Source: an uncultured Gemmatimonadales bacterium (lineage in GTDB: Bacteria; Gemmatimonadota; Gemmatimonadetes; Longimicrobiales; RSA9). Taken from it: a stretch of DNA of 64,000 bases. A program made the translations under genes and the position numbers. A model generated the notes under the pieces. The model was not told the origin of the DNA. It saw only the letters and a list, made by a program, of their open reading frames with translations, and searched no databases. Position 1 is the first letter of the stretch. The number at the start of each line of letters is the position of its first letter. This document shows positions 54,778-64,000 of the stretch, piece after piece. The DNA lies in assembly GCA_963798845.1 (NCBI GenBank), contig CAWCUS010000006.1:1295060-1359059 (forward strand). Direction: 5' to 3'.

Positions 54778-54852
54778 CCCCTACGGTGCGCCTCGCGCGT
54801 GCGCGCCGTCAACAGCCAGCGCTCCGCGAGGTGGGCGCGGACCCGCCGCCAC

Positions 54853-54874
54853 TGTCACACCCCGCGCCTATCCT
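54853..54874 (+). promoter_or_regulatory. PafBC/RecA-NDp-like promoter upstream of small ORF and WYL pair
   Basis: TGTCAC-accccgcgcc-TA-tcc-T. Confidence 0.65.
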
Positions 54875-54914
54875 CGGCCCGGTGGACCATCCCGCCCTTG
54901 CCCAGGAGAAACCG

Positions 54915-55106
54915 ATGGACGACCCCGAGCTGGCCCAGATCACGGCCCTCGCCCGCCAATTCGCCGAAGCCGGCTTCGAACGGGAGCTGGAGGAGCTCAT
55001 GTACCTCGCCTTCCGCGACCACGAGGCCGAGTGGCGCGCCGAGTACGGCCCCCGAGACGAGCGCCTCCTCTGGCTCGAGGAGATGAAGCTCAAGTACGGC
55101 GAGTGA
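54915..55106 (+). CDS. Small acidic hypothetical protein (63 aa)
   Basis: AGGAGA RBS, high-GC codon pattern; alternative in-frame GTG at 54882. Confidence 0.75.
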   Translation: MDDPELAQITALARQFAEAGFERELEELMYLAFRDHEAEWRAEYGPRDERLLWLEEMKLKYGE

Positions 55107-55251
55107 TCCGTGCGGCCTCCGTCCCGTCCGCGTCCCCCACCCCGTTGCGAACCATGCCCCATTCGAGCATTTTTCACCAAGTCGGCGCCCGCCCGCTCCC
55201 CGGAACCCCCTGTCCGCGGCGGCCGCCGATCGCAGCAGCCAGGTGTATCCC

Positions 55252-56463
55252 ATGAGCACGCGCAGCGGCGACGTGGCCATTTCCAAGACCCAGCGCTGGC
55301 TGGACCTGATCGCCTTCCTGGTGAGGCGCCATTTCCCCGTCCCCGTCGACGAGGTGATGGAGGGCGTCCCCGCCTACCGCGAGAAGCTGCGCTCCGGCTC
55401 CGAGCAGGACCTGGCCGCCCTCCACCGCATGTTCGAGCGCGACAAGGACGAGCTCCGCGCCGCCGGCATCCCGATCGAGACGCGCGAGTTCCCGGCGGAG
55501 GGCGGCGAGTCCTCGTTCGGGTACCAGCTCAGCGCGAAGGACTTCTACCTGCCGTATCTCCGGCTCGTGGCCGCCGGGGAGGAGGGCGGGGAAGCCCCCG
55601 TGTCCGCCGCCCGTGCTCCGTCTGGCGTGTCCGGCCTCTCCCGTCCGCTGGACCTGGACCTGGACGACGCCCGCGCCGCCCTCGATGCCCTTCACCGCAT
55701 CGCCGCTCTCCCCTCGTCCCCCCTGGCCCGCGAAGCCAGGTCCGCGCTCTCGAAGCTGACGTTCGACCTGGAGCCCGCGAAGCTGGCCGAGCCCCCCGTG
55801 GTCTACGCCGAAGGCCGCGGCGCCGAAGGCGTCCGCGCCAGCCTCGAAGTCCTGATGGACGCCCTCCGCCGCCGCGCCCGCGTCCGCTTCCGCTATCACG
55901 GCATCGCCCGCGGCGAGCCCACGCAGCGCGACGTCGCCCCGTACGGCCTCCTGTACCAGCACGGGTCCTGGTACCTCATCGGCCCCGACGCCGCCCGCGA
56001 TGGCGACCTCCGCATCTTCAAGGTCGCGCGCATGGACCCGCCCGCGATGGCGAAGGGGAGCCCCGGGAACGAGTACCAGATCGACCCGGGCTTCGACGTC
56101 CGCGCCTACGCCAGGCGGGAGCCGTGGGAGCTGGGCGACGCCGAGCCCCGCAGCGCCGACGTCGCCTTCACCTTCCCGGTGAGCCTCTGGGCCGACCGCA
56201 ACCACAAGGGCGAGCTCGTGGAGGAGGCCCCCGGCGGCACCGCCGTCCGCCGCTTCGCCGTCCGCCAGCCGGACGCGTTCCTCCGCTGGCTCCAGTCGTT
56301 CGCCGGCGACGCCGTGGTCGTCGCGCCCCCGGAGCTCCGCGCCGCCCAGGTCGCCCTCGCCCGCACCACGCTGGAGCGCTACGCCCGCCAGCCCGAGCAG
56401 CCGCCGGCTGCCCCCGGGTCGCCCGACCCCGATGCCCGGCCCGGGGACGCGCATGGCTCCTGA
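55252..56463 (+). CDS. PafB-like wHTH-WYL-WCX transcriptional regulator
   Basis: SKTQRWLDL, RMFERDKDELRAAGIPI (PafB hallmark), PYGL...WYLIG, FKVARM. Confidence 0.88.
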   Translation: MSTRSGDVAISKTQRWLDLIAFLVRRHFPVPVDEVMEGVPAYREKLRSGSEQDLAALHRMFERDKDELRAAGIPIETREFPAEGGESSFGYQLSAKDFYLPYLRLVAAGEEGGEAPVSAARAPSGVSGLSRPLDLDLDDARAALDALHRIAALPSSPLAREARSALSKLTFDLEPAKLAEPPVVYAEGRGAEGVRASLEVLMDALRRRARVRFRYHGIARGEPTQRDVAPYGLLYQHGSWYLIGPDAARDGDLRIFKVARMDPPAMAKGSPGNEYQIDPGFDVRAYARREPWELGDAEPRSADVAFTFPVSLWADRNHKGELVEEAPGGTAVRRFAVRQPDAFLRWLQSFAGDAVVVAPPELRAAQVALARTTLERYARQPEQPPAAPGSPDPDARPGDAHGS

Positions 56464-57400
56464 CACCGCCCTCGACCGCGTCGAGCGGATCCTCCACGTC
56501 CTCCCCCTCGCCGCCCGCGATGACGACGGCGTCGCCTACGACGACCTGGCCGCCCGCCTCGGCGTCTCCCGCCGCCGGCTCGAGCGCGACCTGGCGCAGG
56601 TCTCCGAGCGCGAGTTCTACCACCCCGCCGGCGAGGGCGACGACATCCAGGTCGGCCTGGACGCCGAGCGCGTCCGCGTCTGGACCACCGGCCACCTGAA
56701 GCGCCCGCCGCGCCTGACCCCCGGCGAGGCCGCGGCCCTCGACCTCGGCCTCCGCATCCTCGCCGCCGAGCGCGAGGACGGAGAGGTGCCCGAGCGCCTC
56801 CGTAGCCTGCTGGAGCGCGTCGCCCGCGTCGCGCCCACGGAGCTCCCCGACCGGATCGTCGCCGACGGCGACCCCGATGCAGCCGACGCCATCCGCGCCC
56901 TCCTCGTCGACGCCGCCCGCCGCCGCCGCCGCGTCGCCATCGCGTACCTGAAGCCCGACGCCCTCGCCCCCGAGCAGCGCGACGTCGAGCCGTACGCCGT
57001 GGTCCACGCCCGCGGCAAGTGGTACGTGCTCGGCAACGCGCCCGAGAAGGACGACGTGCGCGCGTTCCGCGTCGACCGGATCCTCCAGGCGACGCTCGGC
57101 GACGCCGCCTTCGACCCGCCCGCCGACTTCGACCCCGCAGCGTGGCTCGATGGCGGCCGGGTCTACCGCGCCGACGAGGAGGTGGAGGTCACCGTGCGCT
57201 ACTCCCGCCGCGTCGCACCGTGGCTGCTGGAGCGCGGCGAGGGGGAAGCGCAGGCGGACGGCGGCGTGCTCGTCCGGCACACCGTGGCCGACCCCAGGTG
57301 GATCGTGCGCCACGTGCTGGGCTACGGTGCGGAGGCGGAGGTGGTGGCGCCGGAAGAGGCGAGGGAGTGGGTGGTGCGAGCGGTCGAGGGGGTGCTATGA
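56453..57400 (+). CDS. PafC-like wHTH-WYL-WCX transcriptional regulator
   Basis: RILHVLP, LAARLGVS..LERDL, RPPRLTPGEA, WYVLG, FRVDRI, VVAPEE. Confidence 0.88.
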   Translation: MAPDTALDRVERILHVLPLAARDDDGVAYDDLAARLGVSRRRLERDLAQVSEREFYHPAGEGDDIQVGLDAERVRVWTTGHLKRPPRLTPGEAAALDLGLRILAAEREDGEVPERLRSLLERVARVAPTELPDRIVADGDPDAADAIRALLVDAARRRRRVAIAYLKPDALAPEQRDVEPYAVVHARGKWYVLGNAPEKDDVRAFRVDRILQATLGDAAFDPPADFDPAAWLDGGRVYRADEEVEVTVRYSRRVAPWLLERGEGEAQADGGVLVRHTVADPRWIVRHVLGYGAEAEVVAPEEAREWVVRAVEGVL

Positions 57401-57403
57401 GGG

Positions 57404-57460
57404 GAAGGATCGAAGGGGACGGCGTGACACGAAGGGCTCGAAGCTTCGAAGGGCTCGAAG
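57404..57460. repeat. Distal copy of GxxExxY-associated arm
   Basis: 57421-57460 identical to 58128-58167. Confidence 0.9.
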
Positions 57461-57514
57461 GACGGGAATTATGGGTCGAGCAGGACGCGTCTGATTCCGC
57501 CGGCGGCTCCCGAC

Positions 57515-57787
57515 CTACCGGTCCGGTGGTCGCGGCGCCGGGGTGCCGTGCAGCATCCCCCGGACGCTGATGTCCTCGTCGACATCCGGCCAATGGGCGC
57601 CCTCGCCGCCACCGGTCAGTCGCACGTTCCCGCGCTGTTCCGGCGTCGCCTCGGACAGGCGCCAGGACCAGGACAGCGGAACGCTGATCGTTCGACCATC
57701 CGTCAGGACCGCGGTGATCGCGTCATCGGACACCGAGATCGACTTCATCAGCGGTTCAGGCGTCGGTGCAGTGCTCGGTCCATGCAT
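57515..57787 (-). CDS. DUF2442 family protein (putative antitoxin)
   Basis: LTDGRTISVPLSWSWRL.EATPEQR...HWPDVDEDISV. Confidence 0.85.
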   Translation of the reverse strand: MHGPSTAPTPEPLMKSISVSDDAITAVLTDGRTISVPLSWSWRLSEATPEQRGNVRLTGGGEGAHWPDVDEDISVRGMLHGTPAPRPPDR

Positions 57788-57998
57788 GCTGGATCGCCTT
57801 TCGATGCTCGGACACCAGGCTCCGGATACGATTCACTTCGTGTGCCGAGAACCCCTGGTTCGACGCGAGAGAAACGGGCTTCAACCAGAACTTGCACACC
57901 GCCCGGCCACGCTCCACGTGCGCGTGCATCGGCTCGGCGCAATCGAAGCTGTAGAAAAAGAACCGATAGGGGCCGGGAATTCCAGGGATCGTGGGCAT
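57756..57998 (-). CDS. DUF4160 family protein (putative HicA-like toxin)
   Basis: MPTI...YRFFFYS.D..EPMHAHV...KFWL. Confidence 0.87.
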   Translation of the reverse strand: MPTIPGIPGPYRFFFYSFDCAEPMHAHVERGRAVCKFWLKPVSLASNQGFSAHEVNRIRSLVSEHRKAIQHAWTEHCTDA

Positions 57999-58093
57999 GG
58001 GCCCGTACGTTGGCGGTGGCTGTCGGGCATACCCATGGCGAGGCGGGACGACCCGGAGCTCAGGCTTGTCTCGGGTGCGTCTGACTTCAGAAC

Positions 58094-58167
58094 CGTGACA
58101 CGAAGGGGTCGAAGGGTCGAAGGGGGCGGCGTGACACGAAGGGCTCGAAGCTTCGAAGGGCTCGAAG
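58094..58167. repeat. GxxExxY downstream arms (two tandem copies)
   Basis: gtgacacgaagg... with TCGAAG at 8-9 bp period. Confidence 0.88.
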
Positions 58168-58175
58168 AGAGCCAC

Positions 58176-58576
58176 TCACCGGTCCAGCAGGATCCGCTTG
58201 ATGCCGCCGGCGGCGAGGGCGTTCACGTTGAAGTTGAACAGCAGACCCACTTTGAGGTTCGAGAGGCGGAGGTAGGTGAGGACCTGGGAGACGTGGACGG
58301 GGGCGAGGGCTTCCACCACCTTCAGCTCCACCACCACCCTCTCCTCCACCAGCATGTCGATCCGGTAGCCGCAGTCGAGGCGGACGTCCCGGTAGGCCAG
58401 GGGCACCGGCACCTGCCGCCGACGTCGAGGCCCAGGTGCCGCAGCTCCGCGCCGAGGCAGACCTCGTACGTCTTCTCCAGCAGCCCCGGCCCGAACGCCC
58501 GATGGATGGTGATCGCCGCCCCGATGATCTTCCGGGTGACCCCGCCGGTCCCGTCGTCCCGCAGATCGCCCCGCAT
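58176..58576 (-). CDS. GxxExxY protein, frameshift at about 58420
   Basis: [14 protein letters not shown] in one frame; [29 protein letters not shown] in the next. Confidence 0.85.
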
Positions 58577-58601
58577 GGTGCTTTTCTGAATTGTTCTGTT
58601 C

Positions 58602-58640
58602 CTTCGAGCCCTTCGAACCTTCGAGCCCTTCGTGTCACGC
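58602..58640. repeat. GxxExxY upstream arm (inverted relative to 58128-58167)
   Basis: Reverse complement gcgtgacacgaagggctcgaaggttcgaagggctcgaag, one mismatch. Confidence 0.9.
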
Positions 58641-58704
58641 ATTTTGAAGTTGGTTGGGCCCGGGAAGCTCTGGAATGCCCCGATGCGACGAAGGCCTGTC
58701 TCCG

Positions 58705-59284
58705 ATGAGTCGTCTTCCGACCCGGCCTCTACGAGTCCCTCGTCACCGAGTCCTTGAAGCAGCGCCTGGACTCTCTTCCGAAGGATCGTAGCCCGCAAAG
58801 CGACCCCCTCCGCCCCGCCGAAGCCGCCGACCGCCTCGCCTGGCACATCGCGAGGGTGGTGGAGCGCGCCATAGACATGCTCCCCGAGTCGAAGCGGACC
58901 GAAGCCGGGGTCTCGCTGGCGAGGTCGTTCTACGTCGAGCAGCTCCCCGCTGACCTGTTCACCATCACCCCGGACAAGACGAGCGGGGAGTTTTCACCCA
59001 CGACGCGCTACCGCGACTACGCGATCAGCCGTGAGATCTTCCACTGGGAGAGCCAGTCGGTCACCAGGGCTTCCAGCGATACCGGCCGACGCTATCAGGA
59101 GCACGCACAACGAGGCAGCCACGTTCTGCTATTCGCACAGGAAACCAAGGATCGTGCCTACTACTTCCTCGGCCCGGCGACGTACGTCCGGCACGCGTCC
59201 GAGCAGCCGATGGCGATCACGTGGAAGCTGGAGCACCGGCTGCCGGGGGATCTGTACCAGGCGTTTGCGGCGGCGGTGGCGTGA
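58705..59284 (+). pseudogene. Internally deleted PLD/helicase-DUF3427 gene remnant
   Basis: N-terminal [16 protein letters not shown] joined to C-terminal [22 protein letters not shown]...PMAITWKL; frameshift near 58720. Confidence 0.7.
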
Positions 59285-59306
59285 GGAGGATTCGCCGCTT
59301 CACCGG

Positions 59307-59615
59307 CTACGCCGCGGGCTCGACCCGGTCGGCCTCCCGGAGCGCCGCCTCGTCGTGCTCCACCCGCCAGCGGTCGTGGGCCATCTGCATGGAGAGCCAC
59401 AGCTCCGTGCCGTTGCCCAGGAAACGGCCCAGCTTGAGCGCCATCTCCGGGCTCACCCCTCGCCCTTCGTTGACGAGTTCGCTGAGCGTGCGGCGAGACA
59501 CCCGGAGCCGGCGCGCGGCGTCCGTGACCGACAGCCCCAGCTCCTCCAGTTCGAGGCGCAGCACGGCGCCGGGGTGGGACGGGGCTCGGTTCGACTCGCG
59601 GCGTGGTAGCGTCAT
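59307..59615 (-). CDS. higA: HigA family antitoxin
   Basis: HPGAVLR, ARRLRVSRRTLSELVN, SPEMALKL, WLSMQ. Confidence 0.92.
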   Translation of the reverse strand: MTLPRRESNRAPSHPGAVLRLELEELGLSVTDAARRLRVSRRTLSELVNEGRGVSPEMALKLGRFLGNGTELWLSMQMAHDRWRVEHDEAALREADRVEPAA

Positions 59616-59622
59616 GGCGGCT

Positions 59623-59913
59623 TCAGTGGTAGTCGGTGATCTCAACCTCCCAGGCGTCCGCATCGGCCCACCGGAAGCAGATCCGGTACTGCCGGTTGAT
59701 CCGGATCGACCACTGCCCGGCGCGATCACCACCAAGCTTCTCGAGCCGGTTCGACGGAAGCCTCAGCTGCCTGAGCTCCGTCGCGTGATCAAGCTCATCG
59801 AGCTTCAGGAGGGCCCGTGACCACAACTCCTCCGGCAGGCACCGGCGGGCTGTTTTCGTCGACCGGCCCTCGAACAGGTCGCGTGTCGCGGCGTCCCGAA
59901 ACGTCCGGATCAA
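59623..59913 (-). CDS. higB: HigB (RelE/ParE) toxin
   Basis: IRTFRD, PSNRLEKL.GDRAGQWSIRINRQYRICF, EITDYH. Confidence 0.92.
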   Translation of the reverse strand: MIRTFRDAATRDLFEGRSTKTARRCLPEELWSRALLKLDELDHATELRQLRLPSNRLEKLGGDRAGQWSIRINRQYRICFRWADADAWEVEITDYH

Positions 59914-59999
59914 GTGTAACCTGTAACGTTGCGCGTATCAACGGGGCTGTCGTTGAACGCTATGCCTCGGGGCTCCCCCTGAGAATGGCGGGATCGGGC

Positions 60000-60471
60000 A
60001 TGAGCATGTCCGTCCCGCTCCACGTCCACGCCCGCTACACCCGCATCGAGATCCTCGCCGCGTGCGGCAAAGGCGAGGGGGCGAGGGTGATGCCGTGGCA
60101 GAGCGGCGTCCTGTACGTGGAGGAGCTGCCCGCCGACCTGCTCGCGTTCACGCTGGACAAGACCGGCGGCGCGTTCTCCCCCACGACCCGCTACCGCGAC
60201 TACGCCATCAGCCGCGACCTCATCCACTGGGAGAGCCAGTCGGTCACCCGGGCGGACAGCGAGACGGGGCGGCGGTACCAGGAGCACGCCAGGCGAGGGC
60301 AGCCACGTCCTGCTGTTCGCGCGGGAGAACACCGACGAGCGGGCGTTCCACTTCCTCGGCCCGGCGACGTATGTCCGGCACGAGTCGGAGCAGCCAATGG
60401 CGATTACGTGGAAGCTGGAGGAGCGACTGCCGGGGGATCTGTACCAGGCGTTTGCGGCGGCGGTGGCGTGA
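60000..60471 (+). pseudogene. Second DUF3427 C-terminal fragment, frameshift at about 60298
   Basis: [37 protein letters not shown]; 3' end identical to first copy. Confidence 0.75.
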
Positions 60472-60750
60472 GGCAAAGGGCAGCGAGGTTTTGGGTGATA
60501 GCAGCGTTGAGATCTTTCGCCACGCAACACGACCGCCGTTCGTGGGCCGTTACGCCGCATCCATCTCCTCGGGATCGTGGCCACCGTCCACGTTGACGGT
60601 GGTGCTGCACCCCGGGATGAAACGAACAGCTTATCGATCTAGGCGGAGCGAAAAGCGGCTTGGCAGCCGCCCCCATGAGTCCAGAAGCTATTTACGAGCG
60701 CCATGAGGAGTAGCGATGAGCTGTAAGATTCCAGTCACAATGGTATATAG

Positions 60751-61572
60751 ATGGGATTAGACCCCCAATACGCATTTTTCAGGTGGGCAGGAGGGAAGCG
60801 CAGGCTAGTTAGGCACCTGGCTAACGCCGCGCCGGTTGATTATCGCGAACGTTTGTACATAGAGCCATTCTTCGGCGCAGGCTCACTGTTCTTCGCTCTC
60901 AGGCCGCGAAAAGCTGTGCTTTCCGATCTTAATGAAGACCTAATTGAAACCTTGATGCGGATCCGTGAGCGGCCTGGTCTGGTTTACAGGTACTTGTCGG
61001 CGCATGCCTCGGCAGATGGTGAGAAATACTACTACAAAGTCAGGCATCAGTACAATTGTGCAACCACATATTCCTCGTCGCAGGCAGCGAGATTCATCTA
61101 TCTGAATCGTACCTGCTTCAATGGGATATTTCGGGTCAACCTCAAGAACGAATTCAATGTGCCCTACGGCAAGCTGTCACGGCCACAGTTTCCTTCGCGT
61201 ACGCACCTGGAATCAGTCGGTCAAACGCTGTTGGCGGCCGAATTGAAGGTGGCCGACTACAGGGAGGCACTCAAAGGAGCTTCTAATGGAGATTTCGTTT
61301 ATCTCGATCCTCCTTACCCACCACTGAACGGAACGTCATTCTTCCGCCATTACACGCCAGAACGTTTCGATGATGCTGATCAAGCCGCGGTCGCTGGTGA
61401 AGCGCGGCGTTTGTCGGAGAAGGGGTGTTTGGTGATGATAACCAACGCTGATACACCGAGAATCAGAGAACTTTACACAGGGTTCAACATCATCTCGATA
61501 TCCGCGACCAGATCCGTGTCGAGTAAGAATCGCAAGCACAGCGTGCAAGAGCTTGTAATCACGAACTACTGA
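60751..61572 (+). CDS. Dam-family (D12 class) N6-adenine DNA methyltransferase
   Basis: RWAGGK, EPFFGAGS, YLNRTCFNG..RVN, YLDPPY, ELVITNY. Confidence 0.93.
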   Translation: MGLDPQYAFFRWAGGKRRLVRHLANAAPVDYRERLYIEPFFGAGSLFFALRPRKAVLSDLNEDLIETLMRIRERPGLVYRYLSAHASADGEKYYYKVRHQYNCATTYSSSQAARFIYLNRTCFNGIFRVNLKNEFNVPYGKLSRPQFPSRTHLESVGQTLLAAELKVADYREALKGASNGDFVYLDPPYPPLNGTSFFRHYTPERFDDADQAAVAGEARRLSEKGCLVMITNADTPRIRELYTGFNIISISATRSVSSKNRKHSVQELVITNY

Positions 61573-61584
61573 TCACAAGGCAAC

Positions 61585-63849
61585 ATGATAGAGAATTTGC
61601 GGTCGCGTTCAGAGTTGAAGGGATTCGCCCGCCGTCAGGGCCGCAGCGAGATCTGGCGAACGGTCAAGTCAAGAGAGGCCGACGAGCTGCTCGCATCGGG
61701 TTGGGAAGTGCGGCGCAAGAACAAGAAGAGCGTCTCCTTGAAGCAACCGAAGCCGGCCCATGTCGCCTTTGAATCTCGAGTTTGGACCCTACTCTACAAA
61801 ATGGGTTTCCCCCTGATATCGGGCGACGGTGGCGCCAAGCTCTACTTAGGCCGAGATGGGGCTGGCCCGACGCAGCAAATCGATTGTGTAGTAGTGGACG
61901 ATGAAGTGGCGTTGGCGGTTGAGTGCAAGAGCTATTCGTCTCAACGAAAGGACTCGGCCTTCTCTGAGAAGTTGACAAAGTTGGCCTCGATCAGAAACAA
62001 GTTCGCCCGTGGGGTTGCCCAACATTCAGAAATAGAAGGCGAGCGAAGCGTGGCGACCGTTATGTTCACAATGAACTTGTTGCCGCGTGAATCGGACCTG
62101 CAACGCGCAGCACAGGAGAGCGTTCGCATTTTTGAGGAACAGGATATCGACTACTACGAAGCCCTGGTGAAGCACCTGGGGAGTGCGGCACGGTACCAGT
62201 TTCTGGCAGAAGTGTTTAAGGGAAGGCTAGTCAAGGGCTTGAAAGTGAGGATTCCGGCATTGAAGGCCCGGGTGGGTAAAACTCGTGCCTATACGTTTGC
62301 GATCCGGCCCGATTACCTGTTGAAGATTGCGTACGTCGCGCACAGGGCAAAAGGAAAGCCCTTTGATGTCGATGCATACCAACGGATGATATCAAAGACA
62401 CGGCTCAAGAAGATCGCCGACTTCATCTCCAATGATGGTGTCTTCCCGACTAACATTGTGGTGAACGTCGAGGATTCGCGCCACCTCCGGTTCGACCCAG
62501 GGTCACAAACTGATGATGAAGCGGGAGCTATCATCGGTTGGTTGACCTTGACCCCGGCGTACGGTACTGCGTGGATCATCGATGGCCAGCATCGGCTCTT
62601 CGGATACTCAGGTCACGATCGGGCGCCAACGAGTTTCCTCAATGTCGTGGCGTTCGAGGGATTGTCACCCGCGGAGCAAACCGAACTTTTCGTGGAAATC
62701 AATAGCGAGCAAAGGCGCGTCAAGCGGTCGCTTCTTGTTGAGTTGGACGCAACCCTGAAGTGGGATGACGAGGATGAAGACAAGCGAATTCATGCTGTGG
62801 TTTCCAAGGCGGGAATGGCACTTGACGGACTGCAGGACAGCCCTCTGAGAGGCCGTATCCTGCTGGCCGACGTTAGACGGACCAAGAAGCGCTGCATTTC
62901 GCTCACCGCATTGGCCGGAGCATTGAGAAAGCCGGGTTTCTATATTGTTTCGCGGAAGAAGGGTCAAGCTACTCAGTATGGCCCCCTATGGCGCGACAAT
63001 CCCGACGATGCCTTAAGACGAACCGTTGCCATTGTCAAGGAGTGGCTAGCTGCGGTTGCTGCCCAGGCGTCAGATTGGTGGAAGGCAGGGTCGGATGAAG
63101 GCGGAGGACTCGCAATGAATGATGGCGTTACAGTTTGCATTGACACGCTACGTGGCGTCCTCGACCACTTGAATCAGCGCGGCAATCTTGTTCTGGCCGA
63201 GACCGAAGACCTGGTGGAGCGCCTAGCGCCATATGCCCATGCACTCGGCGAGCACTTCGCGAGGATGAGTGCGGAGGAACGAAAGAGCTTCCGAGCTTTG
63301 CGTGGGGTGCAGGGTCAGACTACAGGTCGCATGATGGTGTATGAATCCCTGGCGCAGACCTTCTCGACCTTCAAACCCGAAGGATTGGAGGATTGGCTAG
63401 AGCGCAGAAAGGCAAACACCAACGAGGAAGCTCGCAAGATTATCGATAGAATAGAACGTGCGGTCCAGGCCCGTGTGCTGGAGGAGTTGAAATCGGAATA
63501 TCAGGTAGATGACGATGACTGGTGGTTCTCGGGTGTACCGAAGGCCGTGCGGAAGAAGGTTGACGACCGGATTAACGAAATGGGCGGAGGTAAGCGGGAA
63601 GAAAGCTTCGATCTGCTTCATTATGAGGCCATAATCCATCACCAGTGGGAAATTTTCAAGCCTCTATTCGCCTTAGGTGAGAAGTCCAATATTGGAAAGG
63701 ACAAGGGGACGGCTTGGCTGCGTGATGTGGGAGATATGCGCAATAAGGTGATGCATCCGAGCCGGAATGACTTTCTGTCGCTCCAGGAGCTTCAGACGCT
63801 GCAGTCATACGAAGATCGGCTAACGGACAGTCTCGCAAGTCACGAGTAA
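61585..63849 (+). CDS. DGQHR-domain protein with N-terminal PD-(D/E)XK-like and C-terminal Swt1-like HEPN domains
   Basis: QIDCVVVDDEVALAVECK, YQR, FPTNI, IIDGQHRL, FVEINSEQ, WW..GVP, RNKVMH. Confidence 0.85.
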   Translation: MIENLRSRSELKGFARRQGRSEIWRTVKSREADELLASGWEVRRKNKKSVSLKQPKPAHVAFESRVWTLLYKMGFPLISGDGGAKLYLGRDGAGPTQQIDCVVVDDEVALAVECKSYSSQRKDSAFSEKLTKLASIRNKFARGVAQHSEIEGERSVATVMFTMNLLPRESDLQRAAQESVRIFEEQDIDYYEALVKHLGSAARYQFLAEVFKGRLVKGLKVRIPALKARVGKTRAYTFAIRPDYLLKIAYVAHRAKGKPFDVDAYQRMISKTRLKKIADFISNDGVFPTNIVVNVEDSRHLRFDPGSQTDDEAGAIIGWLTLTPAYGTAWIIDGQHRLFGYSGHDRAPTSFLNVVAFEGLSPAEQTELFVEINSEQRRVKRSLLVELDATLKWDDEDEDKRIHAVVSKAGMALDGLQDSPLRGRILLADVRRTKKRCISLTALAGALRKPGFYIVSRKKGQATQYGPLWRDNPDDALRRTVAIVKEWLAAVAAQASDWWKAGSDEGGGLAMNDGVTVCIDTLRGVLDHLNQRGNLVLAETEDLVERLAPYAHALGEHFARMSAEERKSFRALRGVQGQTTGRMMVYESLAQTFSTFKPEGLEDWLERRKANTNEEARKIIDRIERAVQARVLEELKSEYQVDDDDWWFSGVPKAVRKKVDDRINEMGGGKREESFDLLHYEAIIHHQWEIFKPLFALGEKSNIGKDKGTAWLRDVGDMRNKVMHPSRNDFLSLQELQTLQSYEDRLTDSLASHE

Positions 63850-64000
63850 CTGATGGCCAAGCACTGCGTCGTGCGCGGCAGTGCCGGCGCGCCGCAATAT
63901 CTCCTTTGGCCGGGGCATAGATGCTCACGTGAACTGGCATGCAGCGGTTGAGGCACCGTTCGCGTTGGTAACTCCTCCGAGGAGGGTGCATAAGCGATGA

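Overview
GC-rich (about 70-75% by eye) bacterial chromosome segment. Gene style (TM+TolB-like/TPR proteins, lipoprotein S8 and M23 peptidases, TAT enzymes) suggests Gemmatimonadota, which is an inference. In order the window holds: (1) housekeeping and metabolic genes (heme A synthase, FTCD, TAT aminotransferase, cold-shock protein, amidase-Cys/Met lyase-NhaC operon); (2) a double-strand-break repair cluster, with an Mre11/SbcD-like + Rad50/YhaN-like pair convergent on an AddAB-like pair; (3) a ~18 kb signalling block with four tandem multi-GAF hybrid histidine kinases, a response regulator and an unusual HisKA-REC-cyclase chimera; (4) MATE, RhlE-like helicase and an AAA ATPase; (5) an accessory/defence end with two repeat-flanked GxxExxY elements, a PafB/PafC-like WYL pair, two toxin-antitoxin pairs, duplicated DUF3427 tails and a lower-GC island encoding a Dam-family methyltransferase plus a nuclease-DGQHR-HEPN protein. 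The main findings are three PafBC-type promoter motifs (TGTC-N12-TA-N3-T) directly upstream of both repair operons and of the WYL locus, and the MTase + nuclease/DGQHR/HEPN candidate defence system. Seven single-base frameshifts suggest assembly indel errors. No rRNA, tRNA or CRISPR array was recognised. All family calls come from motif recognition, not database searches.
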